Positions 8,984 through 18,598 are shown, counted from the first letter of the stretch. The stretch: DNA of 64,000 bases from an uncultured Oscillospiraceae bacterium (GCA_934667095.1 CAKULE010000006.1:1720-65719), one strand, 5' to 3'. Numbers and translations: made by a program. The notes: generated by a model not told the origin, from the sequence alone.

Positions 8984-10888
8984 ATGATCGACATACAGCT
9001 GACCGGTCTGGTCAAGGAATTCGAGGTCGGTCACAGGATTCTGGACGGCTTCTCCCTGCAGGTGGACAGTGGGGAACGGGTGGGCCTGCTGGGCCGCAAC
9101 GGCGCTGGCAAGACCACCATCTTCCGCATCATGACTGGGCAGGTCGCCCCGGACGAGGGCACCATTACCATCGCCCCCGGCAAGCGGCTGGGGCTCATCT
9201 CCCAGATCCCGGTCTACCCGGCGGGCTACACCGTCCGTGACGTGCTGGACACCGCCTTTGCACCCCTCCATGCCATGGAGCAGGAGCTGAACGACCTCGC
9301 CGTCCGGATGGGGGAGAGCAGCGACAAGGCCCTGCTGGAGCGGTACGACAAGCTGTCCGCCGCCTTCGAGGCCGGCGGCGGGTATGACACTGAGACCCGC
9401 CTGAACAAGGTCTGCAACGGCCTGTCCATCGACGCGGATATGCGCCAGCGGCCCTTTGATGCACTCTCCGGCGGCGAGAAGACCCGCATCAACCTGGCCC
9501 GCCTCATTTTAGAGGACACCGACATCCTCCTGCTGGACGAGCCCACCAACCATCTGGACCTGAATGCCACCGAGTGGCTGGAGAGCTATCTGGAGCGCTT
9601 CAAGGGCACTGTGCTGGCCATCTCCCATGACCGTTGGTTTCTGGACAAGGTGGTCAAGCGGGTGGCGGAGGTCAGCGACGGCAAGGCGGAGCTCTACTCC
9701 GGCAACTACTCCTTCTACGTGGAGGAGAAGGAGCGCCGCTATCAGGAAAAGCTGAAGCAGTACGAGAAGGAGCAGGCTAAGATTGCCCAGCTGGAGAAGT
9801 CCGCGGAGCAGCTGCGCACGTGGGCCTTCATGGGCATGGACAAGACCTACAAGCGGGCCATGAGCATGGAGAAGCGCATCGAGCGCATGCGCACCACCGA
9901 CCGCCCCACCAAGGACAAGAAGCTCACTGTCCGCTTTGGCGAGCGGGAGTTCCACGGGGACGAGGCTATGGTTATCGACCATCTGTCCAAGTTCTTTGGG
10001 AACCGCACCCTGTTCTCTGACATCAACTTAGAGGTCACCGGCGGCGAACGCATCGCCCTGCTGGGGGACAACGGCACCGGCAAGTCCACCTTTCTGAAGA
10101 TCGTCATGGAGGAGGAGAGCCCGGACTCCGGCTCCATCTATCTGGGGCCCTCCATCCGCATCGGCTACCTGCCCCAGATCATCAGATTCGATCGCCCGGA
10201 CCGCAATCTGGTGGACACCATGCTCTACGCCCAGAACTGCACCACTCAGGAGGCCCGGGACCGGCTGGCGGTCTTCCGCTTCCGTGGGGAGGATGTGTTC
10301 AAGTCCGTATCCGCCCTCTCCGGCGGAGAGCAGTCCCGCCTTCGGCTGTGCATGCTCATGGACCACCGCATCAACCTGCTCATTCTGGACGAGCCCACCA
10401 ACCATCTGGACATCGACTCCCGGGAGTGGATCGAGGACGCCGTGAGCGAGTATGGCGGCAACCTGCTCTTCGTCTCCCACGACCGGTATTTCATTGAGAA
10501 ATTTGCCAGCCGCATCTGGCTGTTGGAAAACGGGACCATCACCGACTTCAAGGGTACCTATACGGAGTTCCGCGCGTGGCGGGAGCGGCAGGAGCAGTTG
10601 AAGCGCCAGCCCGCCCCGGCGGTGCAGGAGAAGCCCAGGGAGGACAAGCCCCGCCGCCCCGGCGGCACCAAGGAGCTGGAGAAGCAGGTCAAGGCCGCCG
10701 AGCGGGCGGTGGAAAAGGCGGAGATCCGTCTGGACGAGCTCTCCGGCGAGATGGAGGCCGCCGCCTCCGACTATCAGAAGCTGCAGGACCTGTATCACGA
10801 GCGGGAGGCGCTGGAGGACGAGCTGGCCCACCTCTATACCGTCTGGGAGGATCTGGCCGCCCAGCTGGAGGAGGCGAAGGGCATATGA
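8984..10888 (+). CDS. ABC-F family ATPase (two ABC domains, no TM domains, C-terminal coiled coil)
   Basis: Walker A GRNGAGKTT and GDNGTGKST; signatures LSGGEKTR and LSGGEQSR. Inter-domain linker of about 80 aa. Lys/Glu-rich C-terminal tail. Confidence 0.9.
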   Translation: MIDIQLTGLVKEFEVGHRILDGFSLQVDSGERVGLLGRNGAGKTTIFRIMTGQVAPDEGTITIAPGKRLGLISQIPVYPAGYTVRDVLDTAFAPLHAMEQELNDLAVRMGESSDKALLERYDKLSAAFEAGGGYDTETRLNKVCNGLSIDADMRQRPFDALSGGEKTRINLARLILEDTDILLLDEPTNHLDLNATEWLESYLERFKGTVLAISHDRWFLDKVVKRVAEVSDGKAELYSGNYSFYVEEKERRYQEKLKQYEKEQAKIAQLEKSAEQLRTWAFMGMDKTYKRAMSMEKRIERMRTTDRPTKDKKLTVRFGEREFHGDEAMVIDHLSKFFGNRTLFSDINLEVTGGERIALLGDNGTGKSTFLKIVMEEESPDSGSIYLGPSIRIGYLPQIIRFDRPDRNLVDTMLYAQNCTTQEARDRLAVFRFRGEDVFKSVSALSGGEQSRLRLCMLMDHRINLLILDEPTNHLDIDSREWIEDAVSEYGGNLLFVSHDRYFIEKFASRIWLLENGTITDFKGTYTEFRAWRERQEQLKRQPAPAVQEKPREDKPRRPGGTKELEKQVKAAERAVEKAEIRLDELSGEMEAAASDYQKLQDLYHEREALEDELAHLYTVWEDLAAQLEEAKGI

Positions 10889-11520
10889 CGGCTTATCGTG
10901 GAAAGAAAAATACGGCGAGCCGCCGTGTCCTTACGGTCCTTCTGGCCCTCATCATCGCCGGCGTGGTCTTTTTCGGGTCCATGCTGGGCATCGTGCTGGC
11001 CGGCAGCCGGGACGAAGTGAAAAGCGAGTCGGTCCACGCCGTGGTGGTTCTGGGCTGTCAGGTGATGCCCTCCGGGCAGCCGTCCATCCTCCTGCGGGAC
11101 CGGCTGGATAAGGCGCTGGACTATCTGGAGGACCAGCCGGAGGCGGTGGTCGTGGTCTCCGGCGGGCAGGGCGGGAACGAGCCCACCTCCGAGGCCCAGT
11201 GTATGTACGACTATCTGGTGGCCCACGGCGTGGCTCCCGACCGCATCCTGCGGGAGGACCACTCCCGCAACACCGACCAGAACCTGCGCAACACCATTGA
11301 GCTCCTCTCGGAGGAGGGCTGCGACCCCACGGGAGAGATCGCTGTGGTGTCCAACGGCTTTCATCTGGCCCGGGTGCGGATGCTCTGGGCCCGGGCCAGC
11401 GGCGGGCAGGACAACCTGTCCACCCTCGCCGCGCCGTCCACCCACGCCCCCTCCCGCCTGATGATGTACCTGCGGGAGCCGCTGGCGCTGGTGAAATCCT
11501 TCCTGTTCGACCGGAGGTGA
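10885..11520 (+). CDS. YdcF/DUF218 (SanA/ElyC-like) membrane-anchored protein
   Basis: ATG overlaps the ABC-F stop (ATGA). N-terminal TM helix VLTVLLALIIAGVVFFGSMLGIVLA. VVVLGCQV...VVVSGGQG...SEAQCMYDYL...TDQNL pattern of the DUF218 fold. Confidence 0.8.
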   Translation: MTAYRGKKNTASRRVLTVLLALIIAGVVFFGSMLGIVLAGSRDEVKSESVHAVVVLGCQVMPSGQPSILLRDRLDKALDYLEDQPEAVVVVSGGQGGNEPTSEAQCMYDYLVAHGVAPDRILREDHSRNTDQNLRNTIELLSEEGCDPTGEIAVVSNGFHLARVRMLWARASGGQDNLSTLAAPSTHAPSRLMMYLREPLALVKSFLFDRR

Positions 11521-11526
11521 ACCCCA

Positions 11527-12588
11527 TTGACCGACCAACTGAAGGGCGTGGAGCTGCGCTACGCTCAGATCGAGGCCCGGCTGGCGGCCAATGAGACCTA
11601 TGCCGACCCGGAGCTGGTGTCCCGCCTGAACCGGGAGCAGCGGGAGCTTGGACCCCTTGTCACCGCCTACCGGGCCCTGTGCCGGGCCAGAGAGGACCTG
11701 GCCGGGGCGGAGGCCCTGCTGGCCGACCCGGAGCTGCGGGGGCTGGCGCAGGAGGAGCTGTCCGACGCCAAGGCCCGCATCGCGGCGCTGGAGCACCAGC
11801 TGCGCATCCTGCTGCTGCCCAAGGACCCCAACGATGACAAGAGCGTCATCATAGAGGTACGGGCCGGCGTGGGTGGGGAGGAGTCCGCCCTGTTCGCCCA
11901 CTCCCTCACCCGGATGTACACCATGTACGCCGAAAAGCACGGCTGGAGCGTGGAGGTCACCTCCGCAAACGAAACGGAACTGGGCGGATTAAAGGAGATA
12001 TCCTTTACTGTAGAAGGGGAGGGCGCATGGTCCCGCCTGAAGTTCGAGAGCGGCGTCCACCGGGTCCAGCGGGTGCCGGAGACCGAGTCCGGCGGTCGAG
12101 TCCACACCTCCACGGCCACGGTGTCCGTCCTGCCGGAGATGGAGGCGGTGGACGCCCAGCTGAACCCTGACGACGTGGAGATGCAGGTGTTCCGCTCCTC
12201 CGGCGCGGGAGGACAGCACATCAACAAGACCTCCTCAGCGGTGCGGCTCATCCACCGGCCCACGGGCACGGTGGTGGAGTGCCAGCAGGAGCGTTCCCAG
12301 TTCCAGAACCGGGAGAAGGCCATGAAGCTGCTGGCCTCCATCCTCTATGAGCGGGAGCAGGAGCGCATCCGCAGCGAGCATGACAGCCAGCGCCGCAGTC
12401 AGGTGGGCTCCGGCATGCGCAACGAGCGCATCCGCACCTATAATTTCCCTCAGGGCCGGGTGACGGACCACCGGATCGGCCTGACCCTGTACAAACTGGA
12501 CGCCGTGCTGGACGGCGATCTGGATGAGATCATCGACGCCCTGACCGCTGCCCATCAGGCGGAGCTGCTGGCGGAGGAGAGAGACTGA
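11527..12588 (+). CDS. prfA: peptide chain release factor 1
   Basis: 353 aa. RVQRVPETESGGRVHTST (RF1-type recognition loop) and GGQ motif SGAGGQHINKTSSAVRL. TTG start. Confidence 0.95.
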   Translation: MTDQLKGVELRYAQIEARLAANETYADPELVSRLNREQRELGPLVTAYRALCRAREDLAGAEALLADPELRGLAQEELSDAKARIAALEHQLRILLLPKDPNDDKSVIIEVRAGVGGEESALFAHSLTRMYTMYAEKHGWSVEVTSANETELGGLKEISFTVEGEGAWSRLKFESGVHRVQRVPETESGGRVHTSTATVSVLPEMEAVDAQLNPDDVEMQVFRSSGAGGQHINKTSSAVRLIHRPTGTVVECQQERSQFQNREKAMKLLASILYEREQERIRSEHDSQRRSQVGSGMRNERIRTYNFPQGRVTDHRIGLTLYKLDAVLDGDLDEIIDALTAAHQAELLAEERD

Positions 12589-12591
12589 ATC

Positions 12592-13857
12592 ATGTATACC
12601 CATGTGATCTTTGATCTGGACGGCACGCTGCTGAACACGCTGGACGATCTGGCGGCTGCAGGAAACCACGTCTGCGCCGCCCGCGGCTGGCCCACATGGC
12701 CCACGGAGGCCTACAAGACCATGGTGGGCAACGGCATTCCCAAGCTGGTGTCCCGCTTCGCCCCGGAGGGGACGGAGGGCGAGGCGCTGGCCGCCGCGCT
12801 GACGGAGTTCACCGCATACTACGACCTCCACAAGGAGGATAAGACCGCCCCCTATCCCGGCATCCCGGGGACTCTGGCCGCCCTGAAGGCGGCGGGAGTG
12901 ACCATGGCTGTGCTCACCAACAAGGCGGATGCCCTGGCGGGCCCGCTGGTGGAGCGCTGGTTCCCCGGCGTGTTTACCGCTGTGCAGGGGGCGCTGCCCG
13001 GCCAGCCCACCAAGCCGGACCCAACGCTCCTGCACCGCCTGATGGCACGCATCGGCGCGGAGCAGGGGAACACCCTCTTCGTGGGGGACAGCAACGTGGA
13101 CATCCGCACCGGCAAAAACGGCGGGCTGGATACCTGCGGTGTCCTCTGGGGTTTCCGCTCTGTCCGGGAGCTGGAGCAGGAGGGGGCCGGCCGCCTTATC
13201 GAGGCCCCCGCGGAGCTGGTGAGGCTGGTGACGGGCACGGAACTGCTGACCTCCTCTGACACCGGTCGGGCGGCAGAGCTTTTGGGCATGGGCCGCCTTG
13301 TGGCGGTCCCTACCGAGACAGTCTACGGCCTGGCTGCCGATGCCCTGCGGGCGGATGCAGTCCACGCCAATTACGAAGCCAAGGGCCGCCCGGAGACCAA
13401 GCCCCTCAACGTGCTGGTCGACGGCATGGCTATGGTGGAGAACGTATGTAAAGTCATTCCGCCTGACGCCTATCGACTGGCGGAGGCCTTCTGGCCCGGA
13501 CCGCTGACCATGATCCTGTGGGGCAACGGCGCTCTGCCGGACATCGTCCCTGCTGGGGGAGCAACCCAGGGGGTCCGCTGCCCCGACCATGCGGATGCCC
13601 TCGCGGTGATCCGTGCTCTGGGCCGGCCGCTGGCCTGCCCTTCCGCCAACCTGTCGGGCTGCCGGAGCCCCAAGTGCGCCGCCGATGTGCTGGCCCAGCT
13701 GGCCGGCCGCATCGACGCCGTGCTGGACGGCGGCCCCTGCGGCGTGGGGGTGGAGTCCACCATTCTGGACCTGACCGTCACACCCTACCGCATCCTGCGG
13801 CAGGGCGGCCTGCCCCGGGAGACCATCGAGGCAGTGCTTGGCACACAGATTGTGTAA
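12592..13857 (+). CDS. fusion protein: N-terminal HAD phosphatase (phosphoglycolate-phosphatase-like) + C-terminal YrdC/TsaC L-threonylcarbamoyladenylate synthase domain
   Basis: HAD motif I IFDLDGTLLNT and motif FVGDSNVDIRTG. YrdC-domain blocks VAVPTETVYGLAADA, KGRPETKPL, WPGPLTMIL, PSANLSG, VESTILD in one uninterrupted 421-aa frame. Confidence 0.85.
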   Translation: MYTHVIFDLDGTLLNTLDDLAAAGNHVCAARGWPTWPTEAYKTMVGNGIPKLVSRFAPEGTEGEALAAALTEFTAYYDLHKEDKTAPYPGIPGTLAALKAAGVTMAVLTNKADALAGPLVERWFPGVFTAVQGALPGQPTKPDPTLLHRLMARIGAEQGNTLFVGDSNVDIRTGKNGGLDTCGVLWGFRSVRELEQEGAGRLIEAPAELVRLVTGTELLTSSDTGRAAELLGMGRLVAVPTETVYGLAADALRADAVHANYEAKGRPETKPLNVLVDGMAMVENVCKVIPPDAYRLAEAFWPGPLTMILWGNGALPDIVPAGGATQGVRCPDHADALAVIRALGRPLACPSANLSGCRSPKCAADVLAQLAGRIDAVLDGGPCGVGVESTILDLTVTPYRILRQGGLPRETIEAVLGTQIV

Positions 13858-13873
13858 AGGGGGAGAGCCTGAC

Positions 13874-14488
13874 ATGCTGACCATCGGGATCACCGGCCCC
13901 ACCGGGGCAGGGAAGACTACCGTGCTCAACGTTCTGCGGGAGCTGGACGCCGTGGTGCTGGACTGCGATGAGCTCTACCACGAGCTGACCGAGCGCTGCC
14001 ACCCCATGCGGGAGGAGCTCAGCGGCCGCTTCGGTCCTGAGATTTTTGACGAATTCGGCGCGCTCCGCCGCAAGGTGCTGGGGGCCATGGTGTTCGGGGA
14101 TGAGGCCGCACTGGCAGACCTGAACGGCATCACCCATCGCTATATTTCGCAGGCGGTGCGGGAGGAGATCGACCGCGCCCGGCAGCAGGGCCGGCCCGCC
14201 GTGGCCATCGACGCCATCGCCCTGCTGGAGGGCGGCCTGGGGGCGCTGTGCGACGTCACCGTGGCGGTCACCGCCGCCGACGAACTGCGCGTCCGCCGCA
14301 TCATGCTGCGGGACGGCATTTCTGAGGAGTACGCCCGCAGCCGCGTGGCGGCGCAGAAGCCATCCGCCTGGTTCGAGACCCACTGCGACCATACCCTGCG
14401 CAACGACGGCGATGACCCGGAGGACCTGCGCCAGCGGGCCTTCGCCCTGTTCGTACCCATGTTAAAAACTCATAAGGAGGAAACATAA
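13874..14488 (+). CDS. coaE: dephospho-CoA kinase
   Basis: MLTIGITGPTGAGKTTV P-loop at the N-terminus; about 204 aa; RBS GGGGGAG upstream of ATG 13874. Confidence 0.9.
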   Translation: MLTIGITGPTGAGKTTVLNVLRELDAVVLDCDELYHELTERCHPMREELSGRFGPEIFDEFGALRRKVLGAMVFGDEAALADLNGITHRYISQAVREEIDRARQQGRPAVAIDAIALLEGGLGALCDVTVAVTAADELRVRRIMLRDGISEEYARSRVAAQKPSAWFETHCDHTLRNDGDDPEDLRQRAFALFVPMLKTHKEET

Positions 14489-14489
14489 A

Positions 14490-15893
14490 ATGGAAGAAAA
14501 AACTGCGGGCCAGCTGCTGCGGGAGCAGCTGCTGGACAAGAAAAAGAACGGCTGGGACGTGGTGGATGCCGCCGCGGAGCAGGCTATCCACGACTACTGC
14601 GAGGGCTATAAGACCTTCCTCGACCGCGGCAAGACCGAGCGCTGCTGCGTGAAGTACGCCGTGGAGCTGGCCGAGGCCGCCGGCTTTGTGGCCCTTGAGC
14701 GGGGCATGGAGCTCAAGCCCGGAATGAAGGTCTACCGTGTGAACCGCGGCCGCGCCATGGAGCTGGCCGTCATCGGCTCTGCGCCGCTGGATCAGGGCGT
14801 GTCCATCGTGGCCGCCCACATCGATTCCCCCCGGCTGGACCTGAAGCCCGCCCCCCTCTACGAGGCGGACGAGCTGGCCTTTCTCAAGACCCACTACTAC
14901 GGCGGCATCCGCAAGTACCAGTGGGTGACCATCCCGCTGGAGCTCCGCGGCGTGGTGGCCCTGAAGAATGGCTCCGTGGTGGAGGTCGCCATCGGCAGCC
15001 AGCCCGGCGATCCCCAGTTCACCATCAACGACCTGCTGCCCCACCTGGCCGCCGACCAGAGCAAGAAGTCCCTAGGCGAGGCCATCCCCGGCGAGAGCCT
15101 GAACATCCTCATCGGCAGCCGCCCCCTGAAGGACGACGACGGCTCCGACCGGGTGAAGCTGCAGGCCATGAAGCTGCTGAATGAGAAGTACGGCATTCTG
15201 GAGGCCGACTTCATCTCCGCCGAGCTGGAGATCGTCCCCGCCTTCAACGCCGCGGACATCGGTCTGGACCGCTCCCTCATCGGCGCCTACGGTCAGGACG
15301 ACCGGGTGTGCGCCTACGCTGGTCTGAAGGCCCTGCTGGACCTGAACGGCACCCCCTGCCGCACCGCCGTGTGCGTGCTGGCGGATAAGGAGGAGATCGG
15401 CTCCGTGGGCGTGTCCGGTATGCAGTCCACCTTCTTCGAGACCTTCGTCAGCGACCTGTGCGACAGCCAGCGGGTGCCCCTGAAGGCCTGCCTGGAGCGG
15501 TCCTTCTGCCTGTCCTGCGACGTCTGCGCCGCCTACGACCCCAACTTCGCCGAGGTGTACGAGCGCCGCAACGCCGCCTACCTGAACTACGGCGTGGGCC
15601 TGTGCAAGTACACTGGCGCCCGTGGCAAGTCCGGCTGCTCCGATGCCGGGGCCGAGGCCGTGGCCTATGTCCGCAGCCTGCTGGACGGCAAGAACGTCCT
15701 CTGGCAGATGGCCGAGCTGGGCAAGGTGGATCAGGGCGGCGGCGGCACCGTGGCTGCCTATATGGCCAACCGCAACATCGACACACTGGATGCCGGTGTC
15801 CCTGTGCTGTCCATGCATTCCCCCTTTGAGACCGTCTCCAAGCTGGACTGCTACATGACCTACGCCGCCTCCAAAGCCATCTACGAGGGCTGA
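14490..15893 (+). CDS. M18-family aminopeptidase
   Basis: 467 aa. AAHIDSPRLDLKP, HYYGGIRKYQW, GQDDRVCAYA, DKEEIGS, SMHSPFE are blocks I recall from M18 aspartyl/aminopeptidase 1 proteins. Confidence 0.85.
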   Translation: MEEKTAGQLLREQLLDKKKNGWDVVDAAAEQAIHDYCEGYKTFLDRGKTERCCVKYAVELAEAAGFVALERGMELKPGMKVYRVNRGRAMELAVIGSAPLDQGVSIVAAHIDSPRLDLKPAPLYEADELAFLKTHYYGGIRKYQWVTIPLELRGVVALKNGSVVEVAIGSQPGDPQFTINDLLPHLAADQSKKSLGEAIPGESLNILIGSRPLKDDDGSDRVKLQAMKLLNEKYGILEADFISAELEIVPAFNAADIGLDRSLIGAYGQDDRVCAYAGLKALLDLNGTPCRTAVCVLADKEEIGSVGVSGMQSTFFETFVSDLCDSQRVPLKACLERSFCLSCDVCAAYDPNFAEVYERRNAAYLNYGVGLCKYTGARGKSGCSDAGAEAVAYVRSLLDGKNVLWQMAELGKVDQGGGGTVAAYMANRNIDTLDAGVPVLSMHSPFETVSKLDCYMTYAASKAIYEG

Positions 15894-15896
15894 ACC

Positions 15897-16334
15897 ATGA
15901 TCCATCTGGAGCCCGTGGGCCCGGACAACTGGCGGGAGCCCCTGGCAGTCCGGGAGGATCAGCGGCACTTCGTCTCCGACGGGGCGTGGACGCTGGCCCG
16001 TGCCTGGGCCTACCGGGAGTACAACAGTGTGGCCAAGGTCATCTATCATGATGACGAGCCGATTGGTATGCTGATGTACTACGACTGGCCGGAGGAGAAG
16101 AGGTACGTCTTCAGCCAGCTGTTCATCGACCAGCGCTGGCAGGGCAGGGGGTTCGGCCGCCGGGCGGCGGAGCTGGCTCTGGATGAGATGCGCGCCGCCG
16201 GCAGGTACAGTCAGGTGGTCCTCTGCTACGTGGAGGGGGACGAGCCCGCCATGCGGCTCTACCAGTCCTTGGGCTTCGTCCACACCGGCGAGGCCGACGA
16301 GGGCGAGATTGAAATGCTCCTGAGGCATCTGTGA
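15897..16334 (+). CDS. GNAT-family N-acetyltransferase
   Basis: 145 aa. QLFIDQRWQGRGFGRRAAELALDEMR is the acetyl-CoA binding Q/RxxGxG/A motif. Confidence 0.8.
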   Translation: MIHLEPVGPDNWREPLAVREDQRHFVSDGAWTLARAWAYREYNSVAKVIYHDDEPIGMLMYYDWPEEKRYVFSQLFIDQRWQGRGFGRRAAELALDEMRAAGRYSQVVLCYVEGDEPAMRLYQSLGFVHTGEADEGEIEMLLRHL

Positions 16335-16347
16335 CGCATAGAAAGCA

Positions 16348-16386
16348 CCCCTTTTGCGGACAATACCGCAAAAGGGGGCTTTTTTA
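16348..16386 (+). terminator. rho-independent terminator
   Basis: CCCCTTTTGCGG-ACAATA-CCGCAAAAGGGG stem-loop followed by GCTTTTTT. Confidence 0.7.
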
Positions 16387-17084
16387 TGTCAGGACCGACA
16401 CCCAAAGACGAGGAGCAGGGCACGCTGGAGCGGCAGATCGAGGACACGGGCTCCGCCGCCGTGATCACCCGGGACGGCGTGATCCACACCCTGACCATCA
16501 TTGGCCAGATCGAGGGCCATCAGGCCGCGCAGGAGGGAGCCAAGACTACAAAGTACGAGCACGTCCTGCCGCTGCTCACCGCCATTGAGGAGAGCGACGA
16601 GGCCGGCGGCCTGCTCATCCTGCTGAACACCATGGGGGGCGACATCGAGGCCGGCCTGGCCATTGCGGAGATGATCGCCGGCATGCGCAAGCCCACGGTG
16701 TCGCTGGTGCTGGGTGGGGGACATTCCATCGGCGTGCCGCTGGCGGTGGCGGCCCAGACGTCCTTCATCGTGCCCTCCGGGGCCATGACCATCCATCCGG
16801 TGCGGCTCAATGGCCTTGTCATCGGCGTCAGCCAGACCTTCCGCTATTTCGAGCGCATTCAGGACCGCATCTGTGACTTTGTCACCCGGCACAGCGCCAT
16901 TTCCCGGGAAAAGTTCGAAGGCCTCATGCTCAACACCCAGGAGATGACCACGGACATGGGCAGCGTGATCTACGGCGAGCAGGCGGTGGAGCTGGGCCTC
17001 ATCGACCGCCTGGGCACCCTGGGGGACGCGCTGGACTGCCTGCACGGGCAGATGCGGGCCCGGCGGCAGGGCAGCCGGGCCTGA
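16386..17084 (+). CDS. ClpP-fold serine protease-like protein (TepA-like)
   Basis: 232 aa. IIGQIEGH...LLILLNTMGGDIEAGLAIAEMIAGMRKPTVSLVLGGGHSIGVPLAV...IHPVR resembles the ClpP/TepA family core. Confidence 0.7.
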   Translation: MSGPTPKDEEQGTLERQIEDTGSAAVITRDGVIHTLTIIGQIEGHQAAQEGAKTTKYEHVLPLLTAIEESDEAGGLLILLNTMGGDIEAGLAIAEMIAGMRKPTVSLVLGGGHSIGVPLAVAAQTSFIVPSGAMTIHPVRLNGLVIGVSQTFRYFERIQDRICDFVTRHSAISREKFEGLMLNTQEMTTDMGSVIYGEQAVELGLIDRLGTLGDALDCLHGQMRARRQGSRA

Positions 17085-17095
17085 ACCGGAGAGGC

Positions 17096-17130
17096 ATCCC
17101 CGCCGGGCCGTTCCGGCGGGGATATTTCTG
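17096..17130 (+). terminator. rho-independent terminator
   Basis: ATCCCCGCCGG-GCCGTT-CCGGCGGGGAT stem-loop followed by ATTTCT. Confidence 0.6.
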
Positions 17131-17151
17131 GCGGAAAAGCGCAAGTTGTGA

Positions 17152-17180
17152 TTGACAAGGCAGGCATCCTGTGGTAAGAT
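17152..17180 (+). promoter_or_regulatory. sigma-70-type promoter for the tRNA-Ser pair
   Basis: TTGACA (17152-17157), 17-nt spacer, TAAGAT (17175-17180) preceded by TGG (extended -10 like), about 28 nt upstream of the first tRNA. Confidence 0.55.
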
Positions 17181-17208
17181 AATCCTTGCATTTGGGCCGT
17201 TTCCATGT

Positions 17209-17295
17209 GGAGAGGTGTCCGAGTGGTTTAAGGAGCTGGTCTTGAAAACCAGTGACTCGCAAGAGCCGTGGGTTCGAATCCCACCCTCTCCGCCA
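17209..17295 (+). tRNA. tRNA-Ser (anticodon UGA)
   Basis: Manual cloverleaf: acceptor GGAGAGG/CCTCTCC, anticodon stem CTGGT/ACCAG with loop CTTGAAA, long variable arm, T-arm GTGGG-TTCGAAT-CCCAC, encoded CCA. Confidence 0.9.
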
Positions 17296-17322
17296 ATTTC
17301 ATAACTGCGCTGAATTCGACTT

Positions 17323-17414
17323 GCGGAAGTACCCAAGAGGCCGAAGGGGCTCCCCTGCTAAGGGAGTAGGCGTCTAAACAGCGCGCGAGGGTTCAAATCC
17401 CTCCTTCCGCGCCA
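17323..17414 (+). tRNA. tRNA-Ser (anticodon GCU); its 3' end is the prophage attachment core
   Basis: Acceptor GCGGAAG/CTTCCGC, anticodon stem CTCCC/GGGAG with loop CTGCTAA, long variable arm, T-arm GAGGG-TTCAAAT-CCCTC, encoded CCA. Confidence 0.9.
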
Positions 17415-17416
17415 AA
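17388..17416 (+). repeat. attL core (29-bp direct repeat)
   Basis: AGGGTTCAAATCCCTCCTTCCGCGCCAAA, identical to 49590-49618. Confidence 0.85.
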
Positions 17417-17445
17417 CCCCGGAATCGCATGATTCCGGGGTTTTG
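17417..17445 (+). terminator. terminator hairpin after the tRNA (phage-supplied side of attL)
   Basis: CCCCGGAATC-GCAT-GATTCCGGGG followed by TTTTG. Confidence 0.65.
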
Positions 17446-17545
17446 CTATCACTATGCGGGGTTGAGGGCTTTTTAGACGGTGCAGACAATGTCTGTTCAA
17501 GGAGGGTAAATGCACCTCTTATGACACAGAAACTACACAGGAAAG

Positions 17546-18598
17546 CTATTGCTGGGGCTCACCTTGGGTAGCCTCGGCAATTTTTTTGTTGATGGCTTCG
17601 GCGGTCTTCTGCCTTCGGACAGCGAGGATATGGGTGTAGGTGTCATTTGTCATGGCGGCTGTTGAGTGTCCCAGCAGGTATTGCCGGTCCTTGAGGTCGA
17701 GGCCGCTGTCCAGCAGGATGGTCGCATAGCTGTGGCGCAGTTGATGGGCAGTGCAGTGGATGCCGGTGTCTCTGGCATAGTGCTTCCAGCGCATTTCATA
17801 TTCTCCCTCACCATAGGGTGTCAGCCCTCCATCAGAGGAAAACAGGAAGGACTCCCGCCCCAGCTTGCGGGGGAGCTTGTCAGCCAGCGGATCAAGAATC
17901 GGCACCGTGCGCACTCCGCTCTCGGTTTTGGGGGCTTTGATCTTCGGTTTGCGGTTCTCGTAGTATACCGACTTTCTCACATAGATCTCCCGCTCCCGCA
18001 GGTTGATGTCCTTTCCTTGTATGGCAAGGGCCTCCCCCTTGCGCAGGCCGGTATAGAGAAGAAAAAAGGGAAGCAGCCACGTGTCTGCGTGCTCCCGGAT
18101 GCGTTGAATGTCCTCATCCGAAGCCGGCTGCCGGTATGACTTTTTCAAATCCCTTGGGATGGTAACCTCGGCACAGGGATTCAGGCTGATGTCTCCATGC
18201 TCCACGGCCCAACGGCAGATCATGTTGATCATCTGGCGCTGGGTAATCACGGTTTTCTTTGCTCGCCCCGGCGCAAACTTATCGATATAGGCCTTGATCT
18301 GTGGCGGCGTAATGCTGCGGATGGGGAGCCTGCCAAAGTGCTCCACAGCACGGTCATAGGCCGCATTATAGCTGCGCAGGGTGTTGGGGGCCAGCTTGGG
18401 AAACCGATCATTGCAGAAGTCCCGTGCCACGGCTGCAAAATCCCGGCCGCGCTGGACGTCCTCCCGATAAGCAATCATTTTGCGCTCCACCTCGGCATCA
18501 GTCGCGCCACGGAATGCTACACGCTTCCCGTTGATGACACGGATCGCCTCATGCAGACCATCGGGGCGGACGTAGTAGCGGGCCTTTCTTTTTCCCAT
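17546..18598 (-). CDS. int: tyrosine-type site-specific integrase
   Basis: RBS AGGAGGGA upstream of ATG at 18598 (MGKRKARYYVRPDG). C-terminal catalytic region HQLRHSYATILL...LLGHSTAAMTNDTYTHI. Confidence 0.9.
   Translation of the reverse strand: MGKRKARYYVRPDGLHEAIRVINGKRVAFRGATDAEVERKMIAYREDVQRGRDFAAVARDFCNDRFPKLAPNTLRSYNAAYDRAVEHFGRLPIRSITPPQIKAYIDKFAPGRAKKTVITQRQMINMICRWAVEHGDISLNPCAEVTIPRDLKKSYRQPASDEDIQRIREHADTWLLPFFLLYTGLRKGEALAIQGKDINLREREIYVRKSVYYENRKPKIKAPKTESGVRTVPILDPLADKLPRKLGRESFLFSSDGGLTPYGEGEYEMRWKHYARDTGIHCTAHQLRHSYATILLDSGLDLKDRQYLLGHSTAAMTNDTYTHILAVRRQKTAEAINKKIAEATQGEPQQ

Noticed and set aside
8984-10888. ABC-F protein as an antibiotic-resistance (ARE) factor
   Set aside because: It sits in a housekeeping context (murF / prfA). 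The inter-domain linker of about 80 aa is not obviously extended, and the Uup-like C-terminal coiled coil points to a translation-factor paralogue. This cannot be excluded without phylogeny.
16371-16388. tepA-like RBS (AAGGGGG) lying inside the 3' arm of the upstream terminator, as a possible translational control
   Set aside because: It is probably just compact gene spacing. No alternative structure or conservation can be shown from this window.
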